Under the pieces are notes generated by a model. The model was not told the DNA's origin, searched no databases, and was given only the letters and a program-made list of their open reading frames with translations. Both the position numbers and the translations under genes were made by a program. From a virus, in IMG/VR virus record IMGVR_UViG_3300043774_000134, positions 2,559-66,558 of that record: a DNA stretch of 64,000 nt; one strand, 5' to 3'. The first letter of the stretch is position 1. Each line of letters starts with the position of its first letter. Positions 60,109 to 64,000 of this stretch are shown here, piece after piece.

Positions 60109-60216
60109 GGGCGAGGGCGGCGCCCCGATCAGTCGCCATGTAACAAACAGGTTACGATGTTACGAAAACAACCCCTAGAGGTTGTAAATGTCAGTGGTTG
60201 CTGTCATACTTAGGAT

Positions 60217-60441
60217 ATGGAAAAGAAAATGGGAACATACTTCATCGTTAGCGGTGAGTCGTATTATGTGCGAGCCAATTCTGAGGAAGAGGCTGAGGCT
60301 GTTTGGAATGTCGGCATGGGATACCTTGACGCTTCTAACTACCCAGAATTTGATATTGAAGAAGACCCCTTCGAGCGTATCGAATATGGAGAGGCATACA
60401 CCACGGTTGAGTCTATCGTAGACTTCAGTGTCAGTGGCTAG
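60217..60441 (+). CDS. Acidic small protein
   Basis: YVRANSEEEAEA motif; leaderless. Confidence 0.7.
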   Translation: MEKKMGTYFIVSGESYYVRANSEEEAEAVWNVGMGYLDASNYPEFDIEEDPFERIEYGEAYTTVESIVDFSVSG

Positions 60442-60475
60442 TGTTAGACTTAGAATAACAACGAAAGGGAAAAGA

Positions 60476-60733
60476 ATGATTGACAAGGCTTTTGGACTAC
60501 AAGAGGCAGTGCGTAACGCTGTCTACTCAGATGGTGTGCGACTGTCGGCACTAAACATTCTTCACGGTCACCAGATGATGAACGAGGAAGAAATGCAAAA
60601 GGCACTAATGGAACTTGTCTCAGAATTGGCAAGTGTGTCGTCCTTCTTCACAGTACAGGTTTTGCTGTCGGAGGATGAACAGAACGAATTGGCAGACACG
60701 ATTGATATGCTTCAGGGAATGGGGAACAACTAA
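60476..60733 (+). CDS. Hypothetical protein
   Basis: MIDKAFGLQEAV..; promoter 60429 + SD. Confidence 0.75.
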   Translation: MIDKAFGLQEAVRNAVYSDGVRLSALNILHGHQMMNEEEMQKALMELVSELASVSSFFTVQVLLSEDEQNELADTIDMLQGMGNN

Positions 60734-61206
60734 TGATGGACTTTGAGAACATAAACATTGAGATGAAAGACCTGCCACCTGTACCTAGTGATGGCGACCT
60801 TGGTATCGAGACGGCTCTGGCTAATCGTGTCAACGACCTGACTAAGGAACTTGAGGTAGTCAAGGCTAGCAATGACGACTGGCGTGAGCGTTTCGGCAAA
60901 GAGCAAAACAAGATTTATGAGATTCGTAACAACCTTGGGGAACTTCTCAAGACACAGATTGAGCACGAACTAATCACCAACACTGGTGCTAAAGAGATTG
61001 CTGAACTGGTCGGTATCGAACTGACCAAGACGGTTACCGTCACTGGCTCGGTATCATTCCAAGGAACCATTGAGATTAGTATCTTCGATGACACTGATGA
61101 ACTTAGTCAGTATGACATTGAGGTAGACCTGAACGTTAGCCACGACTACGACTCTCTGAACAACTTCGACTATGATGTAGAGTCTATGGAGTTTGAGGAA
61201 GAGTAG
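60733..61206 (+). CDS. Acidic coiled-coil protein
   Basis: 157 aa, translationally coupled. Confidence 0.8.
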   Translation: MMDFENINIEMKDLPPVPSDGDLGIETALANRVNDLTKELEVVKASNDDWRERFGKEQNKIYEIRNNLGELLKTQIEHELITNTGAKEIAELVGIELTKTVTVTGSVSFQGTIEISIFDDTDELSQYDIEVDLNVSHDYDSLNNFDYDVESMEFEEE

Positions 61207-61434
61207 GCCATTAAAGCTAGGGTGGGACCTTGTTAATTCCTTTCTTAGCTCCCATCCTATAGACCTGGGCATGTCTTTAAAAGGCCCTTTCTCATACCCT
61301 GCGAGGGCGGCGCCCCGATCTGCGAATGTAACGTTTTAATTACGATGATTAAGAAAATGTCCCCAAAGCTTGTAATTGTCGGTGGTCTGTGTCATACTTA
61401 GATAAGTAAACAAACCGCTAACGAAAGGCACGAT

Positions 61435-62457
61435 ATGTCACACGAATTGGAAAAGGGCGAGAACGGCGAGGTTGCTTTCGCATCGTTCCGTGAACCTGCT
61501 TGGCATGGTCTTGGGACTGTGTTCGAGGAAGAAGTAAAGACCGCAGATATGCTGAAGTTGGCACATCTTGACAACTGGAATGTTCGCCTTGAGGAGATTC
61601 CTATCCCTGACGGCTTTGTCTCTGACAAGACTAACTACTTTGTTGCTCGCACTAACCCATTCAACGACAAGCAGAATGACATTCTCGGTATCGTTGGTGA
61701 ACGTTACAACACTCTTCAGAACGAGGACTTGTTCACATTCGGTGACAACCTGCTAGACGGTGGTGGACGCTGGGAGACTGCTGGCTCTATCAAGGGTGGT
61801 CGTGTTGTGTTCGGTGCTCTTGCTCTTGAGCGTGAGACTGTGCTTGACCCTAACGGTGTAGGCGACAAGGTAAACACTTACCTGTTGGTAAACACCTCTC
61901 ACGACGGTAGCGTATCCATTATGGCTAGCATTACCCCTGTGCGTGTCGTGTGTGCCAACACTCTGAACATGGCTATCGGTAGTGGCACAGGTCACTGGCG
62001 TAGTGCTAAGCAGTCGTTCAAGATTCGTCACACTCAGACTGCTGAGGGTCGTGTTCACGAGGCTCGTGTTGCTCTTGGTCTTGCCAACGAATACATGGAC
62101 GAGTTTGACAAGATGGCACAGGCTATGATTGAGACTGAGGTCAGTAACGACACATTCCAAGATATCATTCGTGAGGTCTACCCCATGCCTGAGAAAGACG
62201 CTAAGGGTGCTATGTCCAAGTGGAACACCAAGCTGGAACTCATTGAGGACATCTACAACGGTCAGTTCAACAACACGATTTCTGGAACGGCTTGGGGTGT
62301 GCTCAACGGTATCACCGAGCGTCTTGACTGGTATCGTGCTGGACGCAAGGGTAACAGCGAGTCTGTCCTTGCCTCTGCCTCTGGCTTTGACCCTGCTATG
62401 AACGCTGAGAAGAATCGTATCCTTCGCATTGTTCAGAACATGACAATGGCTTCCTAG
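61435..62457 (+). CDS. DUF932 (phage/plasmid-like) protein
   Basis: PAWHGLG..LQN..F..ETAGSIKGGRVVF..YLLV..SHDGS..TPVRVVCANTL..IRHT..GTAWG. Confidence 0.9.
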   Translation: MSHELEKGENGEVAFASFREPAWHGLGTVFEEEVKTADMLKLAHLDNWNVRLEEIPIPDGFVSDKTNYFVARTNPFNDKQNDILGIVGERYNTLQNEDLFTFGDNLLDGGGRWETAGSIKGGRVVFGALALERETVLDPNGVGDKVNTYLLVNTSHDGSVSIMASITPVRVVCANTLNMAIGSGTGHWRSAKQSFKIRHTQTAEGRVHEARVALGLANEYMDEFDKMAQAMIETEVSNDTFQDIIREVYPMPEKDAKGAMSKWNTKLELIEDIYNGQFNNTISGTAWGVLNGITERLDWYRAGRKGNSESVLASASGFDPAMNAEKNRILRIVQNMTMAS

Positions 62458-62605
62458 TCGGTCAGTCACTGCCTCCCTTCGGGGAGGTGGTGGCGGCGCC
62501 GATCCTTTCTATATATAAATAGAGAAACATATAATTACGATTACGATAGTGTAACAAAACTCCTGGGAAGTTTACATTGTCAGTGGCCTATGTCATACTT
62601 GAGGT

Positions 62606-62707
62606 ATGAATGAATTTGAGAAGGCTATGCAGATTGTACTGTCAGAGGCTCTTGCTAGACTAGAGTCAATACCAGATGAAGAAATCGAAAGGTTGTATAT
62701 ATCCTAA
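62606..62707 (+). CDS. Small hypothetical protein, leaderless
   Basis: MNEFEKAMQIVLSEALARL.. Confidence 0.55.
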   Translation: MNEFEKAMQIVLSEALARLESIPDEEIERLYIS

Positions 62708-62880
62708 TGGGCATTTACTATGTTAAGACTGTTGTAGAGTTTTCTGGTGAGGTTGAGGCTGATACCGCCGAGGAAGCAGAAGCAATGGGCTGGAAGTGGG
62801 AAGACGAACTCATGTATGACGGAGTGTATTCTATCGATGTAGAGGAATTGGAGTCTGATGAAGATGACGATGAGAGTTAA
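62707..62880 (+). CDS. Acidic small protein
   Basis: MGIYYVKTVVEFSGEVEADTAEEAEA.. Confidence 0.7.
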   Translation: MGIYYVKTVVEFSGEVEADTAEEAEAMGWKWEDELMYDGVYSIDVEELESDEDDDES

Positions 62881-62986
62881 GCCTTGTGTTGATTGCAACA
62901 TAATGATTGACGCAGATGTATGGCAAGAAGAATTAGGTATGTGTTTAGATTGTTCAAACAAGTATTGGAGTCACGAAGATGAGTAG
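62870..62986 (+). CDS. Small CxxC-CxxC protein
   Basis: MRVKPCVDC..EELGMCLDC. Confidence 0.65.
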   Translation: MRVKPCVDCNIMIDADVWQEELGMCLDCSNKYWSHEDE

Positions 62987-63140
62987 TTACCGAGTTAAGG
63001 TTGAGCAGACCAGTTACTGTGTTGTAGATGTAGAGGCCGAAGATGAGTTTGACGCTGAGTCTGTAGCAATTGAGATGTGGGGCGACGGCGACCTTGATGG
63101 ATTGTTCCAGCACGATGTTCAGATTATCATTGAAGACTAG
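62979..63140 (+). CDS. Acidic small protein
   Basis: MSSYRVKVEQ..VDVEAEDEFDAESVA. Confidence 0.65.
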   Translation: MSSYRVKVEQTSYCVVDVEAEDEFDAESVAIEMWGDGDLDGLFQHDVQIIIED

Positions 63141-63148
63141 GAGTAATA

Positions 63149-63394
63149 ATGGCTAAACCAAAAGCAAGCGACCAAACCTGGAGACGTATCTATCACTCGC
63201 AGGTTGCGGAGGTATTCGAATCAGATACCGAGAACGACTACTACAAGGTAGTACTAGAAGGACAACGACCTAAGTATTTATATGGTGAGTTAGCATTTCA
63301 AAACTACCAGCGTATTGTGCATGACTATGAGATGAAGACTATTTACTCACAAGACTACTCAGTTTACAAAAAGTATGAGTCCGTGGTAAAATAG
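63149..63394 (+). CDS. Hypothetical protein
   Basis: AGGAG SD; 81 aa. Confidence 0.7.
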   Translation: MAKPKASDQTWRRIYHSQVAEVFESDTENDYYKVVLEGQRPKYLYGELAFQNYQRIVHDYEMKTIYSQDYSVYKKYESVVK

Positions 63395-63397
63395 AAT

Positions 63398-63631
63398 ATG
63401 ACACCTACTATTTATACTAAACCCAACTGTGTACAGTGTGAGGCAACCAAGCGTTACTTTGATAACAAAGGTGTAGCCTACACTACCGTCGATATTACAC
63501 AGGATGCGGACGCACTCGATCGACTTATTGAAGAAGGATTTCAGGCTGCACCTGTAGTCAATGCAGGAATAGACTGGTGGAGTGGATTCCAACCAGACAA
63601 AATAGATAAGTACATCTCTGACTATTCGTAA
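63398..63631 (+). CDS. nrdH: NrdH-like glutaredoxin
   Basis: IYTKPNCVQC..GFQAAPVV..WSGFQPDKI. Confidence 0.93.
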   Translation: MTPTIYTKPNCVQCEATKRYFDNKGVAYTTVDITQDADALDRLIEEGFQAAPVVNAGIDWWSGFQPDKIDKYISDYS

Positions 63632-63659
63632 TGTCAGACCCTAGTGGTAAGGTGATAAC

Positions 63660-64000
63660 ATGGAAACAATTATAGACCTCACATACGAGGAATGGATAGA
63701 GCAGTACAAGCCACACCTAGATTTCGAAGGTAGCCCTATAGCCTACGAAACCTATGGTGACGACTATGACTACATCGCAGATATTGACAATGAGTATATT
63801 TGGACATGGACAGACGGTGGTGACTACAGTGTAATCACTAATGGTTTTAGTTATGTTAATCGACTCAACTACTATGTTTGTACCGTGCCGTCAGACACCA
63901 ATAAGATTATTCAGATAGATATGTATGTCATGACACTGTGTGACATGGGTAATCACATCTGGGTAGACCATGAGCGATACGACGGTACGCCTGTAATTAT
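63660..64000 (+). CDS. Acidic hypothetical protein, truncated by the window edge
   Basis: Leaderless; TYEEWIEQYKP..YETYG..IWTW..G..YVNRLNY. Confidence 0.75.
   Translation, partial: METIIDLTYEEWIEQYKPHLDFEGSPIAYETYGDDYDYIADIDNEYIWTWTDGGDYSVITNGFSYVNRLNYYVCTVPSDTNKIIQIDMYVMTLCDMGNHIWVDHERYDGTPVI

Larger units (their letters stand above)
58338..61287 (+). other. Four compact H-type pseudoknot motifs downstream of stop codons
   Basis: 58338-58361, 59504-59530, 60023-60051, 61261-61287; covarying stems, 8-nt loop. Confidence 0.6.
50488..62500. repeat. Sixteen intergenic GGCGCC palindromes, often GGCGGCGCC(CC)GATC
   Basis: 50488, 52093, 52716, 53545, 54303, 54774, 55103, 55374, 56179, 56695, 57622, 58377, 59190, 60119, 61309, 62495. 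Confidence 0.9.
52750..62555. promoter_or_regulatory. Ten GTWAY-N6-GTWAY repeats (GlnR/MtrA-like) after GGCGCC
   Basis: 52750, 54316, 54787, 55388, 56192, 58388, 59216, 60140, 61328, 62540 (the last two have one ATTAC half-site). Confidence 0.7.
51643..63653 (+). promoter_or_regulatory. About 24 promoters TGTCRG-N10-(T/C)ANNNT (PafBC/RecA-NDp type)
   Basis: Strict: 52353, 52803, 53639, 53892, 54359, 54830, 55117, 55431, 55625, 56235, 56709, 57636, 57810, 58431, 60429, 62640, 63632. CATACT type: 59265, 60189, 61377, 62578. Variants: 51643, 51840, 52199. Confidence 0.85.

Noticed and set aside
61753-62469. 238-aa minus-strand ORF (and 59574-59966)
   Set aside because: Antisense shadows of codon-biased plus-strand genes, with no expression signals.
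50488-62500. CRISPR array interpretation of the repeats
   Set aside because: Repeats are short and degenerate, spacing is 0.3-1.6 kb and contains genes, and no cas genes are present.
1-64000. Stop-codon reassignment
   Set aside because: Long genes read through intact with the standard code and no suppressor tRNA is present.

Overview
A 64 kb segment of a large tailed (siphovirus-like) phage genome. The host is most likely an actinobacterium, inferred from NrdH, GP88, many leaderless genes and actinobacterial regulator motifs. Positions 1-50.4 kb are on the minus strand and carry replication genes (DnaE-type polymerase running off the left edge, SSB, primase, DnaB), tail fibre/baseplate/tape-measure/tail/head genes, and lysis genes. 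From about 50.8 kb transcription switches to the plus strand. An apparent early (host-takeover) region follows, with about 40 mostly tiny ORFs and two tRNAs (Asp, Asn), built from repeated expression cassettes. Main observations: (1) about 24 promoters in this region match the actinobacterial PafBC/RecA-NDp DNA-damage promoter TGTCRG-N10-TANNNT. (2) Cassette junctions are marked by 16 GGCGCC palindromes and 14 GATC sites, while the coding DNA between 51.7 and 63.4 kb has no GATC on a manual read. (3) The junctions also carry DnaA boxes, GlnR/MtrA-like GTWAY-N6-GTWAY repeats and a CGGCGTGTCG element. Also seen: several candidate structured RNAs (an sRNA complementary to replication-gene leaders, four covarying mini-pseudoknots, an anti-SD hairpin, a three-module RNA), an AUU-start M23 peptidase, an endolysin-holin fusion with an internal start, and duplicated rather than frameshifted tail chaperones. 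All motif counts are from manual reading and need computational confirmation.
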